A DNA stretch of 64,000 nucleotides from positions 124,001 through 188,000 of the forward strand of contig MU057651.1 in assembly GCA_013265495.1 (NCBI GenBank), in the 5' to 3' direction. The DNA comes from Vicugna vicugna. Lineage: Eukaryota. The notes below the pieces were generated by a model. That model saw only the letters and a list, made by a program, of their open reading frames with translations. It did no database searches and was not told where the DNA came from. This document shows, in pieces, positions 12,111 through 25,951 of the stretch (positions within the stretch are counted from its first letter, which is position 1; each line of letters begins with the position of its first letter). The position numbers were made by a program, and so were the translations under genes.

Positions 12111-14207
12111 GATGTTCTTCTACTTAATATATGCCCTTAAGACCATTTCTAAAGACTTTAAATTTTTGTTTTTATAAATTTCACTAGTTTCACTGGAAAG
12201 CAGGTCCACAGAGCTCCTCATGCTGTCATAACAGAAGCTGACCTCCTAGACATTGCTTCTTCCTGGATGACTTCACTGGCAACTGGGTTAAGTCCTCTTA
12301 CTCAGTGCTCTAATTGCCCCTTCATTACTTACCACACTCTCCTTCTGGTTTCCTCCCATTAAGCCATGAGCTCCACAAGAATATGAAGGCTTTATCTGTC
12401 TTACTGTCTTTTATATCTCCAGGGCTTGCCTAGCACATAGTAGATATTCAATAAATTATGGATTGAATAAAAAGTGTACTTCTTATATTTTTATTAAGTG
12501 GAAAGTGCTATGTCCTGGGAATCAGAACTCCTAAATATAGTACTGAGATTCAGATGTGGAATGGGCAGGCAGTGCCTATCACGAAAAACAGCTCTAACAA
12601 CAGATGAGATATAGATTTGGGATTTATTAATAAATGAAACTGAGTAGACACTAAGAGCATGAACTTAGGAACTAGACTATATGGTTTTGAATTCCTGCTC
12701 TACCACTTCCTATCTGTTGCACAGTCTTGTTTTCCTCCAATTCTCTTATTTGTAAAATGGGGGATAATATAAGCAACAACCTCATAGGTTTGGGGGAGGA
12801 TAAAATGTAATAATGAATATACATACACAAAAATGCTTGACATATACAGCATTTATATAGGTGCTATTATATTTTATCACTGTATATTTAAGAAAACTAG
12901 GATAATTCTGTACATACTATCTTATAACTTGAATTTTAAAAAATAATAATTAATGATTTTTTTCCTTCTACTTGCAAAAAGGATACATTTTCCTTGGAGA
13001 CAATTTAGAAGATAGGGTTAATTACCATCTGATGTCCAGTATTAGAAATGCATCTTTAATCTCAAAGATGAGGTCAACTATATGGGAGAGGATGAGGGAG
13101 GTACAGGGAGACACCTAAGTGTAAAATATGGCCCAAGATACTATCATGCTGCTAATGCCTGAGTCTCAGATTCCTGGTGGGAAAGGTAGACCCTGACTCT
13201 GAAGCTGGGGTAGAGGCATAAAAGAGAAGAGGAGGAAGGGAGGAAGGGAAGAATGTATGTGTGTCTGTGTGCCCTGGTTGGGGGGAAAGAAGGAGAGTTT
13301 ACTCTTTAGTTAGAGATAGATAAAAATCATCTGCACTAAAAACACATAAAAATTATCAGTTTTACTAGTCTTTAAAAACAATTTCTTGCATATTCTCATA
13401 TCTACCTAATTTATCACAGAATATTTAGAAAATGTGGAAAATCATACATTGGATTTATGATTTTGGCCTATCTCCCATCATCACAAGAGCCAAAAGCAAT
13501 TATAAATGAAATGTTACTGTATTTCCTTTGATTTTATGTACAATATGTATAAACCTACAAGGCTAATTAATTAATGAGTAAATACATTAAAAAAAACAGT
13601 ATTAGCTAAGAAAGTATAGGTAGCTCTATTTATAGTTCTGCCACTGTCTTGTTTGGTAACCTAGCCAAGCCTCTTAATTTTTCTGTCTCAGTTTCCCAAT
13701 TTGTAAAATAGGCTCTTGGATTAAAATAATTCTAGGGTGTTCCAGTTTTGACAATACATGATCTGTGAGAGCTTAGGACTGCCAGTGAGATCATAAATCA
13801 TACCCTATAAATCCAAAATTAAGCAAAAGCACAGAACACATGACTGTAAAATCCAATGTTCTATAACCCTGCTAATCCATTCTTTTAGCCTCACCATTTA
13901 TTTTGTTCTCCTATTTCCAATTCTTTCTGGTGCCTTTGCATATCAGTACCCAATCAGTACACAGACAGATAACTGTGTGTAGACAAATATTCAAATATGC
14001 TAAACATTTTTCAGTAAAAATTAATTTCTTAGAAATCCTTAAGATAGGAAAAATATGAGTGGAACAAGGCTGGGGGACTTCCATTTTAGGTCCTATTCTA
14101 AAGTTATTTTGTACTTAACAATTGTAACCAAACAAGGGTCACTAACATATTGACTGCCTTATCTAGCTGGAGGGAAAGAAATTGTAAGAGGTACATACCA
14201 GTAAGGT

Positions 14208-14501
14208 GTGTGATGGTTTTAAAATTCGGCTCCAGATTATTTGGCATTCCTTCCATCAAAAGTTGGAGTCTATTGTCCCTCTCCTTGAATCTTGGCATAG
14301 GACTAGTAACTGTTTCAACCAATGGAGTATGGCAGAACTTATCTTATGTGACTTCTAAGGTTAGGTCGTAAAAGGCCATATAACTTCCACCTTGTTCACA
14401 GGGAACATTTGCTTTTTTTTTTCTTTCTATTTTATTGAGTTACAGTCAATTTACAATGTCGTGTCAATTTCTGGTGTACATCACAATTCTTCAGTCATAC
14501 A

Positions 14502-14535
<34 letters not shown>

Positions 14536-15110
14536 TTTTCATATTCTTTTTCACCATGAGCTACTACAAGATATCGAATATATTTCCTGGTGCTGTACAG
14601 TATAAACTTGTTTATCTATTTTATATATACCAGTCAGTATCTACAAATCTCCAACTCTGAGTTTATCCCTTCCCACCCCTCTCCCCACTGGTTACCACAA
14701 GTCTGTATTCCATGTCTGTGAGTCTGCTTTTGATATAAGCTCATTCGTCTTTTTTTTTTTTAAGATTCCACATAGGGAACACTTGCTTTTAAAGCTCTGA
14801 GATGGCCATGTTGGACAGGCTACACGTGGGAACTCTGGCTGATGGCCCTACTTGAGTCTGTTCTTCAGCCATTTCAGTCTCAGCTCGTGCAGGACTCAGC
14901 TGTTTGAGTCATCTACAGCCTTTCAAGTTACCCCCGGTCATCCAAGCCATGCCAGCTGAAGCCCCAGATATCCTGGAGCAGAGAAAAGTAGTCCCTGCTG
15001 TGTACTTTCTGAACCTCTGACTCACAGAATCTGTGAACATAGTATCAGTTATAGTTTACACCAGTGAATTTTGGGATGGTTTGTTACCTATCAACAGGTA
15101 AATGGAAGAG
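14208..15110 (+). mobile_element. MaLR LTR (MLT1-like), interrupted by an L1 3' fragment
   Basis: Starts tgtgatggtt; contains ccaatggagtatggcagaa...tgtgacttctaaggttagg and the typical end ttttgggatggtttgttac. Confidence 0.75.
14417..14773 (-). mobile_element. 5'-truncated young L1 3' end with TSD
   Basis: Poly-T plus L1 3'UTR containing (TA)n. 17-bp TSD agggaacaYttgctttt at 14400-14416 and 14774-14790. Confidence 0.88.
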
Positions 15111-17601
15111 TTGATGTGTCATGCTGAAGGTGCTAGCCATAGGCATACAATAGTCATGAAGCCAGTGTGTTATCAAGTCAGCCCAACAGAGTTGGATAAA
15201 TGTGAAAAAAGGTGAGAAAATGAATGCAGAGACTGAGTCTACTCTTCTATTATTTCAGGGTAAGAGCCATCAAACCAGTTCACCCTCTCTCTGTCCCCTC
15301 AGGGCACACGAGTCCCAAACTAAGACTCTTGTGTCCTAACTCAGCCTTAGAAATTTAAAATTTTTTCTGCTCAACAGTTTGTTATCTATCTTCAACTCCT
15401 CAGAAAACTCCAAGGACAAGAGAAGTTCTCAATCAACACCTCATAACATTTTAGTGAAGGTAACATTTCTAGGACAATTTTCACCTATCTTTAAAACATC
15501 ACTTTGTTTTAAAGATCACTTTAAACAACACCAACCTCGTTTTAGCATGACATCTAATCTGGAAAAATACACAAATGTATTTTTTCATCTAACATTTTGT
15601 AGTTTCAAACAAAATACTTATTCAAGATGAGTCAAAAAGAGGACTAAAATCTCCACTTCTTAAACTTCGTATTCAATGATTTGTTATGTCACAGCAGTTT
15701 CTTTACTTTCAGGGGGTTCTTTCTAGATAATTCCTAATTTTCATAAAAGCTTTTCCACATTGCTCTAAATACAGACCTCCGAATGAAAAGCAACCTATTA
15801 GCCTCAGTAGTGGATGCATTCAGCCAACAAGTATTCACTAATCAGCTACTGGGTACAAGGAATTCTATAAGTCACTGGGTTTGCAAAATAGAAGACAACA
15901 GATATGTTTTGGGTCCTCACAGATTTTAAAGACGAGTGGATCTAGCTAAGGACAGAACTATGTTCTGCCTACTCTTCAAATCTTGTTAGAAACCATCTAA
16001 TAATAGTACAAAATTAATGAATCAACCTTCATTGACGATTCCTCGGTCTCTGTGGTAAGTAGTTGATATATGTGATTTACTTCTTCTAACAACCCCTGTT
16101 TCACAGAGGAAGCACAGTGACTTTGCTAAGTAATCAACCCAAAGTCACACATCAAGTAAGTAGTAGAAACAGGATTTAACCCCAGACATTTCTGATGCCA
16201 CAGCTCATGATGCTAATCAGCATCCTTCGAGTCTATATCACTAATAGAGATACCTGTATGAAGAGTTATTAACTGTGAGACAGAATCCAGGAATTACCAG
16301 CATTCTTTTAAAAGACAATTATTTTGTAATTTGAGCTTTTGGAGCTATATATCAATATCTCTATGTATCTCTAAAAGCATGTGTATATATACATACATAC
16401 ACATATGTGTATACATTTAATTTTATATATTTCAAACTACATATGCACTAGGCATATACTTTTCTTCTGTTCAATATTTCAGCTAGTTTAGCAGGGTAGG
16501 AGATTACATAGGAGTTTGAAGTCAAAACTAGAGGCAATAAGCATTTGCCTAGCCTGCCTTGCCTCAGTACAAATAACTCTTGGTTCCTTTATCACAACCA
16601 ACACTTACTAAATTTTTTTTTTAATAATAATGCCACTTTCCTAAAGACATCTCTATTTTCTAGCTGAGATAGGATTTTTTTAGTTACTTCAAGTTAAAGA
16701 AAGGAAAAGTTACACTAAAGATGAGTTTCAAGTTTAGTTGCTTAACATACCCCCTGTTTATTTCTAATATCTTTTTTCTCCAAAGACTGTGTCATCAAAA
16801 ACATCACATAAATTTACATAAAATGTCCAAGAGCTGACAACTGGACTTCTTCCTGAAGATTTACTTTACAGATCATTTTCAAAACACCAACTGTATTCAG
16901 GAAGATGCCTCTATTTTAAAAAAAAAATTTTTTGAAGTAAGCTAGTATGTTTCAAAAGTGATGTTGATATCGTGTGGAGCCCAGAAAAAATATTTTCTCG
17001 GTGGTACAGGTGAACATAAACTATAAGGCTTTTCCATTCCGCAGGATGAAATATTTCCTTCAAAAATGAAACCTGGTAATTTAAAAAATTTTAATGGTAT
17101 GTTGATTTTTTTAAAACAGGAAATAAAGGGAAATTATCAGGAAAGACATGTACAGCCTACTCCATTCTGTTGCTTCTCTTTCTGTTAAGTCCCTTGCTCT
17201 CTCCTCACTCCACCCCTCAATCTAAATTTCCCAGAAGGGTATGAATTCAGGGAAAGTGGTGGACATTGGTGACTGTGCACATGCAGGGTGTGTGTGGTGA
17301 CGGGGCGGGGGGGTCACGGCCAGCGGAGAATAGGAAAAAAAGCAGGAAAAGCCAAAGCCAAGGCCTGGAGCGGGAGTGGGAGGGGTGGAGGGTGTTGCAG
17401 ACCCTCCCTGGTAACCAGAGAAAGGAAAACTCCAACCGCAGGGAGGTGATGCCACTTGTAGGCCCTCAGATTGGAGAGGAGCGAGATGAGTGACAGGGCG
17501 GTGTGAGCTGGGGCCCCGCGCACAAACAGGAGGAGGGGTTTGTGCGTGTGCACTAGGCGGGAGGGGGGCGCTCCTGCTGCACCGACCGCAGGAGTTGGGG
17601 G

Positions 17602-17749
17602 CGAGCTCGGCGGTGACGCGAGGCCCTCACGTGACCGGGAGCTGCAGAGCGACGCAGCCTTCGGTGCAGTCGTCACTCCTGTCTGGGTACCAGCTCCCCA
17701 CTGCCCTGCGCGCGGCGGGCTGGCATCGGGCCCAGGGAAAGCGGAGCAG
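17602..17749 (+). promoter_or_regulatory. BEX3: BEX3 BGW-type module and non-coding exon 1
   Basis: cgagctc..ggtgacg..TCACGTGA (17627-17634)..gtctgggtaccagct; strong donor CAG|GTAAGG at 17750. Confidence 0.85.
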
Positions 17750-18132
17750 GTAAGGGCCCTGGGGCCCGTGCGCCGACGCCAGGGAGGCAGCGGCCCGGGA
17801 ACGCCAGAGGCCGGCTCAGGGGATCAGCGCAGCGAGTCCCGGCCACCTCTCTCCACACCCCAGCATTCTCCGGGGCACAAATACGGCACCCCCTGGGGTG
17901 GGGTGCAGGGGCCATACGGTTTCAGGGAGGGCAGCAGAGCAACTAAGAGCGATGGGAAATCATCCCCGAGTTCCTGCAGGGAAATGGTGAACCCGGGAGG
18001 GGGGCGGTGGAGGGTGGGGGCGGGGGACGCAGGGCCGGGGCCGGCCCGGGTTGGGGGCGCACGGCCGGGAGGGGGCCGAGCTCCCGGCTGCGGCAGCCCC
18101 CTGCCCTACCCCCCGACCCCGGCCCTCTGCAG

Positions 18133-18210
18133 GTCTGCGGGTCTAAGTGTCGCGGCGGCGCACTCGTGGCGAGCATCGGGAGAAGCAGGAGACAGCAAGG
18201 ATAGGCCCAG
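18133..18210 (+). other. BEX3: BEX3 non-coding exon 2
   Basis: Acceptor ccctctgcag| at 18132 and donor CAG|GTCGGT at 18211; homologous to TCEAL9 exon 2. Confidence 0.8.
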
Positions 18211-18490
18211 GTCGGTGCGGGGGACAGCGGGGGTGGGGCGGGTGTAAAGCCCAGTCTGAGACCCCTCCTAACGCCCCCAGGCTCCATCCCCGGTCCTCCA
18301 TTTTGGTGCCTGCTGCTCTCTGGGAAAGAATCCTGGGCAGGGAAAAATGGTGGGCTTTGGGTGTGGGGGAGGGAGGTAAAAGGAGAGAGCTGGGGAAGGG
18401 GCTCGAACTGGAAGCTACCTAGAGGGCGCCCGAAGCTCCTGAAGTGGGAAAAAAAATAAATTTTAAAAATCTTTGATATCAGAGCTCTGA

Positions 18491-18925
<435 letters not shown>

Positions 18926-19151
18926 CTCCTGCCATTTTCCGTGAGATTGATACTGTGATTCCCCACTATTGTTCTTTTCCCTTGCATTTTCCTGATATGC
19001 CTTTACTGATCCGTTTGCTGTGAACCTTATGTAATTTCCATGTGTCAGGTGGGTTCTGTGTTACCAGCTTCTAATTGGAGATTGCCTTGGCACCCAGTCT
19101 AAGTTTCTGTCAACAGTAGTTTCACCCATTTGCATGGAAAAATGTTAAGTT

Positions 19152-19157
19152 AATAAA
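19152..19157 (+). terminator. BEX3: BEX3 polyadenylation signal
   Basis: AATAAA ~225 nt after the stop, with ATTAAA just downstream. Confidence 0.8.
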
Positions 19158-22100
19158 GCAATTAAAAAGCAATCTATACATTTATTATTGTCTTATTACA
19201 ATATACATATATAGTATACGAACCCTCCAAATATCTGAAATCAAATACCCTAGGATGTTAATTGGGTCACCTGTTTCTGTGGTTGGATAATATGTGACTT
19301 TTTTTCCCTTTTTTTATTTGGAGTTTCAGAGGCAATGAAAACAATTTTTCAATAAGTCTGTGAATGTACATAATTACTGGTTCAACAACCTTAAAGAAGA
19401 GTGAACTTCACATGTTTTCCAGTCTTAACTGGAAGAATAAACCCTCCCTTTAGTAGATACATGCGTTTAAAGAGTCAGTCTTCTCTTCTGTGAAATTGGG
19501 AGTAATGCTTGCCTTACAAGGCTGCTGAGTGGAATAATGAGCTGTGGAACTGTTGGGCTGCCTCCTATGCAAATCCCCAGCATTTGACAGGACCCTGGCC
19601 CTCATCAGGTACTTGGGAAGTACTAAAGGGAGTTTTCATGTAGGCTCACAAGTCCAGAGGGCAAAATAGGTGGGTTCCACCTTGTCATTCCTCTCATATT
19701 TGCAGTACCCCTGCTCCCCTGATTACTGCCTTGTCAGTTGGGCATACTTTCCCTTCTGCTGGGTGCTGTTTCTGTTCCTGTTGCTGATGTGCTGGAGTCC
19801 ACAAGGTAACAGAAATCCACTGATCCGCTTTGCAATCCCTGGTGAGCTAAATCCTCCCTCCACCTTTGACTTCTATAGAAATATGCGGAATGCCTTTATC
19901 CCCGCTTTGGAGTTACATTTACCCAAGTGAGTACCATTCCCATGGTTCTTGCCCCTACAATGGTTCTGAACAGAATAGTGCTTTTTGGTTTTATTTTTAT
20001 GCCCCTCCTTTTGAAAGAACTCAGATATGAAAGCACTGGGTCCTAGCTCAGGAGACACATCTCGATGTCTTAGCATGGTGTGCCCATAATTGCACTACTG
20101 CAAACCTCCAAAACACAAACAGGCTGAAGATTTGTTTTGCCTGTGTTTGTACCCTATGTGGGGGGGTTTCTCTTAAAAGAGTCTGGGCCGGCCTGCCCAA
20201 CCAGTTTAACACAGCCAAAAGACATGTAAATTACATTAGAGGAACACATTTTAAAGCTGAAACACACTTCTTTCCCATTTCTATCCCTTCTATACCTGAA
20301 ACGTGAAATTGCTTTGTGAGTTCTTAAAAACTTCATTAAGTATTTGGCATTGTCATGTTTATATGATTGTGTGCCCCCCTCAAGACAGTGATTTTGTTTT
20401 AATAATCCTGGAGCTCAGTTTCTAGTTAGTGTCTGACATATTAGATATTAATTATTTTGATTGATATAATTAACTGTAATGGAGTTCAATACTGTTCTTA
20501 ATTAAGTGGCTCAAGCAAGTAACTTTACCTGGAAAGCATGACTTTTAATTTCCAAAGGACCATAGCAAAAAAAATCTCTAACCTAAAATCTGTAATCTTT
20601 TTAAAAAAACTTCGTATGTGCCAGTGTTTACATAAACATAGACCCCTTGCTTGCATCTTAACTACCTAGAGGAAATGTTAACAATGCCGACACTTGGGTG
20701 CCTTTCCCAATCCCAACTCCCCTTGTCATCCCTTGAATCACCTGAATAGGAATTACCGTTTTGACAGTCCCTCAGGTGATTCTGATGCATTTGAGTTTTG
20801 CCAGCATAGGCGTGGAGAAAAGCTGATGGTGATCACACCATTTTACAAACATTGTGATCTAAATTACCTTACATACTTGATTTTGCAATGAATATACCTT
20901 CCTGAAATTTGATATATCTAAAATTGGATTGCATTAAACAATCAATGTATGTCTATCTTTAAACGACTACTGTTTTTTAATCTTCCCAAATATCCTGTTA
21001 AATTAATGCATTATTATGAATTTATTATTACTAATAAATTTATAAAAATTATAAAATTATTAAATGCATTAGGCATTCTCATTTCTATGCAAGCCTGTGC
21101 CCTTTTACAGCAATGATTTTTGTCTTAATCACCCTGGAGCTCAGTTTCTAGCAGTCTCTGATACGGTAGATATTTAATAACAATAATGCATTTAATTATT
21201 ATTAAAGATTTTAGCATTGTAATTTATCTAAAATAATATATAACAACAGTTAATATTGAGTCTTTGTGGGTGGTTTATTTCTTTGCACTCATGTTTTTAA
21301 AGTTTCTATGAGGAACATTTTTAAATGAAATATTTTTTATAATTATGTAACACAAGATCATTAGACGTACTTGGATTATGCAGAAAATATAATGAAAAAT
21401 ATAAACAAACCATAATCATCCAAAGAAAGCACTCATAAAATTTTTATCATCATCCCATATTTAGTCATGATTAAACGAGGCTCAGAGCCTCTTAAGAGGA
21501 ATACTGCCTCTTTCAAAGCCCCTGCCAAGGAGACATGTTTAGCTTGTTTATTTTTTCTCTCTCTTATCCACTCCTTAAAGCTAATTGGATCACATTTGAC
21601 CAACTTTCATTTAAGTCCAGTTTTTCAAAACTGTGAAAATAAGAGTCATCACATTTCAGCAGGTCCACTCCCAGTTGTCAAATGTGGGAACATTAAGTGA
21701 ATACATTTACTTACTAGAAAAGAACTATTTATGAAGCTTAAAAGTTGTCACATTAAGTAGAAAAAGGGCTGGAAATGGTAATAAAATGGGCTAAATTATA
21801 TGTCTATTTGTCTTCTTCCATGAGATCACATATTTCATGTAATAAACATGCTGATTTTGTTTAGAAAGATCCCATTTAAAAAATTTCAAGCATATTGCAT
21901 GTAATGTAGTTGCTATCTCGTGTACAGTCGGAATGCTTTCTAAGTAACATAAATATACATAACCAAATAAGTAAGTCATCCCTATAAATTAAAAAAATCT
22001 TAACATTTATTTGTATTTTTTATTTCCCCCCAAACATTGTTTAAAAAGTTACAATTAGCCTGTTTAGAAATTTACTCTTTCTCTTGTAGTTGATGGAAAT

Positions 22101-22714
22101 ATTTTCTATTTAGTAAAAATAAACTTTGGTGAATTTTATATGAAGAGAGAAATCTTCAGATCAATGCCAATTAAAAAAATCATTTTCCCATAAATGAAAA
22201 GAGCTGGTGTTTCTGATTGTAAAATAGCCATCCCAAAGTGGTTTTGTTGTTGCTGTTGCTTTGGAACAGAAGAGAAAATGTATTAAGAAGAAAAATTTTG
22301 AATCTTACTTTCAACACCCTGTTTCCTTTACTGAGATCACATGAGTGTAGACTAATTTTAAGTTTTTACCTGTTTTTCCTAAATTAATAAGTATTACTTA
22401 ATCACTAATTATATTAAAGTTTGAGTTTTTAAAAGAGGATGCAAACTAAATGGGTCAATTAACTTAAAGACAGTGAAAAACTTGATGGAAACTTGTTAAA
22501 AAAGCAAAAACAAACAAGAATAATGAATTTCAGATTATTTTTGAATCATTTAGCTAGTAATATAAACAGTGGTTATTGTCATGACAATGCCTTAGTTCAT
22601 TTTACTCTGTTCATTGGTAAAATGGAGGTAATTTCCAGGGCTGCTGTGAGAACCAAGATAGGTAAAGAGTGTGTGAGCTGTGTTGAACTACTGTACTCAA
22701 TGGTGAAAGAGTGA

Positions 22715-22915
22715 ATGGTTTCCCCCTAAGATAGGAGCAAGACAAGAATGTCTGCTCTCTCCTCTCTTGTTAAACGTAGTTCTGGGAGTCCTAGCGATTG
22801 CAGGAAGGCAAGAAATTGAATGAAAGGCATACAAATTGGGAAAGAAGAAATAAAGGAAGAAATAAAACTGTTCCTGTATACAGATGACATGATTGCCTAG
22901 GTAGAAGATCCAAAA
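22715..22915 (+). mobile_element. L1 ORF2 reverse transcriptase fragment
   Basis: aaaggcatacaaattgggaaagaagaaataaa...tatacagatgacatgattg encodes the KGIQIGKEEIK...(F/Y)xDDMI region. Confidence 0.8.
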
Positions 22916-23770
22916 AAACCTACATTTTATCTTCTAAATAACTCCCACATGAACTTGCAAAGAAATGTGTTTCAAAGAATATCTTAAAAAATAAAATAAG
23001 AGCATTATTTGCTGATGTGTAGAGTCTCTCTACTCTCTACCATTGTGACATCAGACTACTTATGAAATGCTGGTAGGCTTGGCTCTCCTGACTCTCCACC
23101 AGGCTACAGTCTAAAAGGAGTTCATGTTAAGCTAAGGGAAAATTGAAGTGACCAGGAGAAATCATCCCATCTCACCAAGTTGTACACCCAGGACCACAGA
23201 AGACTTGTCACTCTCTGCCCACCAGGGAACATCATAGGGGTTGAGAGTGAGAGTCTAGTGGTCATATAGGCTCAAGGGGTTTGAGTCCCAGCCTTGTCAC
23301 TTTTAATTAGCTGGTGCTGCAGACAAATCCCTTCAGCCTCCACTTCCTCTTTGGTAAAGCAAATATAATAGTGGTAGCTACCTCATAGCCTGGTGCTGAG
23401 AATTAGATGACGCAAGTAGAGCACTTAGCACAATCCCTGTCACGTAGTACAGGGTATTTACGGTAAAGGTTACTTACAAAATCTGTACAAAATGAGAAAC
23501 TTTTCGGTAGATAATGACAAAAATATGCAGAGGCAGAGACAAGGAAGTTTGCTGAGCCTTATATGTCCTGCTCTTATGTCACATGGCGTGGAGACCCGTG
23601 GTTCGTTGAGCAAAGCCAGAGCCAGCTATTCAGTACCAAAGGCAATAGTAAAGGACTCCACCATCTTCTCTTTTAGTGTATTCTGTTATTTGTTCTTTTC
23701 TTCTGAGAGCTGCCGACGCCAACGGAGTCTGAGACTCTTTCATCTCAGGGAGGCTGCATCACCTGGCATT

Positions 23771-23913
23771 AAGTTGTCCGACGTTGTTTCCAAATTTGAA
23801 AGGCCATGCGGGACACTAATGTGATGAGGAGCAGAAGAGAGAGGATCAGCTGCAACATGAAACAGTGGTAGGGAATTGTGTCTGACCAACCAGCCATTGT
23901 GACAGACAGATTT
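23771..23913 (+). pseudogene. Possible highly degenerate BEX-family remnant
   Basis: Three collinear blocks resemble BEX3 CDS 18705-18910 by eye (ccgac.ttg...aattt.ga..ggccat; atg.aggag..gagaga..atcag..cagt.g..ggaattgt; tgtct.a.ca..ccat..tga). No ORF. Confidence 0.35.
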
Positions 23914-25951
23914 CTCACTCAAAGAAGGCCCTCTTCTCTCTGCCAACAGCACAAGTCCATAATTTTGAAGTGTAGGAAGTGAGCCTTCCCACAACACAAA
24001 TTCTCTGGGTTGTCCTCTTTCACTCACTCTAAGTTCATGGGGATGTGTGACTTGGGCAAGAGGCTTAAAGGGAGTCTGGCCACTGGGGTGCAATATCTGT
24101 TGTCCTGGCAACAGGCAGGCTTCATTATTACCTGCCTGTTTTTCTCCTCTCTGAAACATCCTTTATTACCCTAGCATTCAGGGCTGCTCATCAGAGTCTT
24201 GGCTTCCAGTTCAGCCTTGTGTAGAGGAGCTATCCCTAGTTTTCTTAGAAACTTTATTCCCTGGCTAATTTATTTAGTGTTTCCCATTTTGTATTGAAAA
24301 AATGACTTGTGATTCTTTTCTGCCAATGTATTGGGGGGCGGGGGCAGAAATGCTGCAGCATCACCAAGTGTCCAGTCACTGCTTTGTCACATACGGTCAT
24401 CTCCTTCTGGGCTTACTCTTGTTTTGGGTAGATTATGCTGGACATGGGGTTCTTTCCCCAGGGCCCTCAAGGAAAGACCTCATCCAGGGGTTCTCTTTTC
24501 ACCCTCCTCCTCAATTAGTCTCAGGGAGTGGAGGTCATTTCTCAGAAGCACTTTGCCTGACCCTCACTGGAGGCAGCACCCCTCATTTTGCTGGGGGTGG
24601 GGGGGCTAAATTAATTCTTTTAAAAGAATCTACTCCATGAACGACCTTACTCTATGACTAAATCTCTCCACATTTAAAACTGCTGGAACTTAACAGAACA
24701 TCCCTCACAACAAAGAGCTCCCTGACCCAAAATGTCAACAGTGTTGAGGTTGAAAAACTTGCTCTAGAGCAAGGTAAACATTACTATCCATCCTGTGTGC
24801 ACAGATTCGAGGGTAGAATCCAACTTTAGAATCCAACAACCCTGGATTAGAATAACCACGCTGCCTCTTACCAGGCATGTGTTCTTGGGAAATGTATTTA
24901 ACCTCTATGAACCTTAGCAGAATGTGCTTTGGGGGGAATGTGTTATAACAAGGAATACTGGTATTTGCATGGACTTCACACATTTTCTAAATGGACAATG
25001 GGTTACTTGCTAATTAAGAGATAAAGCCCACTAGAGCTTTATTCATGTCAAATATGTTATAACTCAGACTTTTTAAAAAGTATAGTAAGTACTATAAAAC
25101 GCAAACATGGACACAACCAAGGTTATGAAGTAAAACATTACAGAAAGTAGGTGCCCCTATGTAACTCACTGATTGCCTCACCCTCAGAGGGAACCACTAT
25201 CCAAAATTTGTCATTTACTCACAAATTCATCCATAAATGAAACATGTCATCGCTTTACACATTTTTAGCTCTAACTATATAAGTAATATATTCATGTATC
25301 ACATATTGACATTTTTTTCTCTGAAAATCGTGATCTTAAGATTTCTCTAATAAGGTGACTTTGGGACTGTTTTGATACTTTTAGCCATGCTACCATGAGC
25401 ATGCTTGCACATATGTGCGAGAATCTACAGGCCAGACCTAAGAGTGCAACAGCTGACAGGACCTCACTTCTCTTTCTCATAGATGTTGCCAAATGTCTCT
25501 GCAAAGAGATTGTACCAGTTTGTCCTCTCCCAGCAGTATTTGGAGTTTTCGTGGCTCTACAATTTCAATGTAAATAGGATGCAACATAGATACAAACTCA
25601 ATAGTCAGGTTTTCTTTTCAAACTCAAGAATTACTTCAAGATATATTCTGAAGCATAAAGCTGAACATTAAGAAATAGGCATGTGAAATGTACCAGTTAT
25701 AGGGAAATATAATAGAGAAAAATAAGATGTACTCTAACATTCTAACAAGATCATAGTGGTAAATATTAAAAACATCATGAAATCCATTGTTTGCATGAAT
25801 CTTGGAAAACAGGATCTCTCATCTTGAAGTGGGTTGGGATACCCATTAGTAATGAGATTTCAAAGTTCGACAAGACAGTAAATATTTTAAAATATTAGAT
25901 GATCATGCTCTTTAACAAAGCCTTCCCACTTGTGGGAATTTATCCTCCTGA

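Larger units (their letters stand above)
17290..18300. promoter_or_regulatory. BEX3: BEX3 CpG island covering promoter, exon 1, intron 1 and exon 2
   Basis: Abrupt GC/CpG enrichment against AT-rich flanks; GC boxes (gggcgg). Confidence 0.9.

Noticed and set aside
17540..18247. 235-aa ORF and other overlapping ORFs across the BEX3 CpG island
   Set aside because: Non-ATG start, Gly/Arg/Pro/Ala-rich, and runs through promoter and intron 1 across clear splice sites; expected in GC-rich, stop-poor DNA.
19670..19930. 86-aa ORF with a hydrophobic, signal-peptide-like stretch
   Set aside because: GTG start, no recognisable family; hydrophobicity is explained by T/C-rich sequence.
24302..24640. 112-aa ORF containing GPSRKDLIQG, reminiscent of TCEAL1 as I recall it (GLSRKDLFEG)
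   Set aside because: Match limited to about ten residues; flanks lack the acidic composition and C-terminal TCEAL motif.
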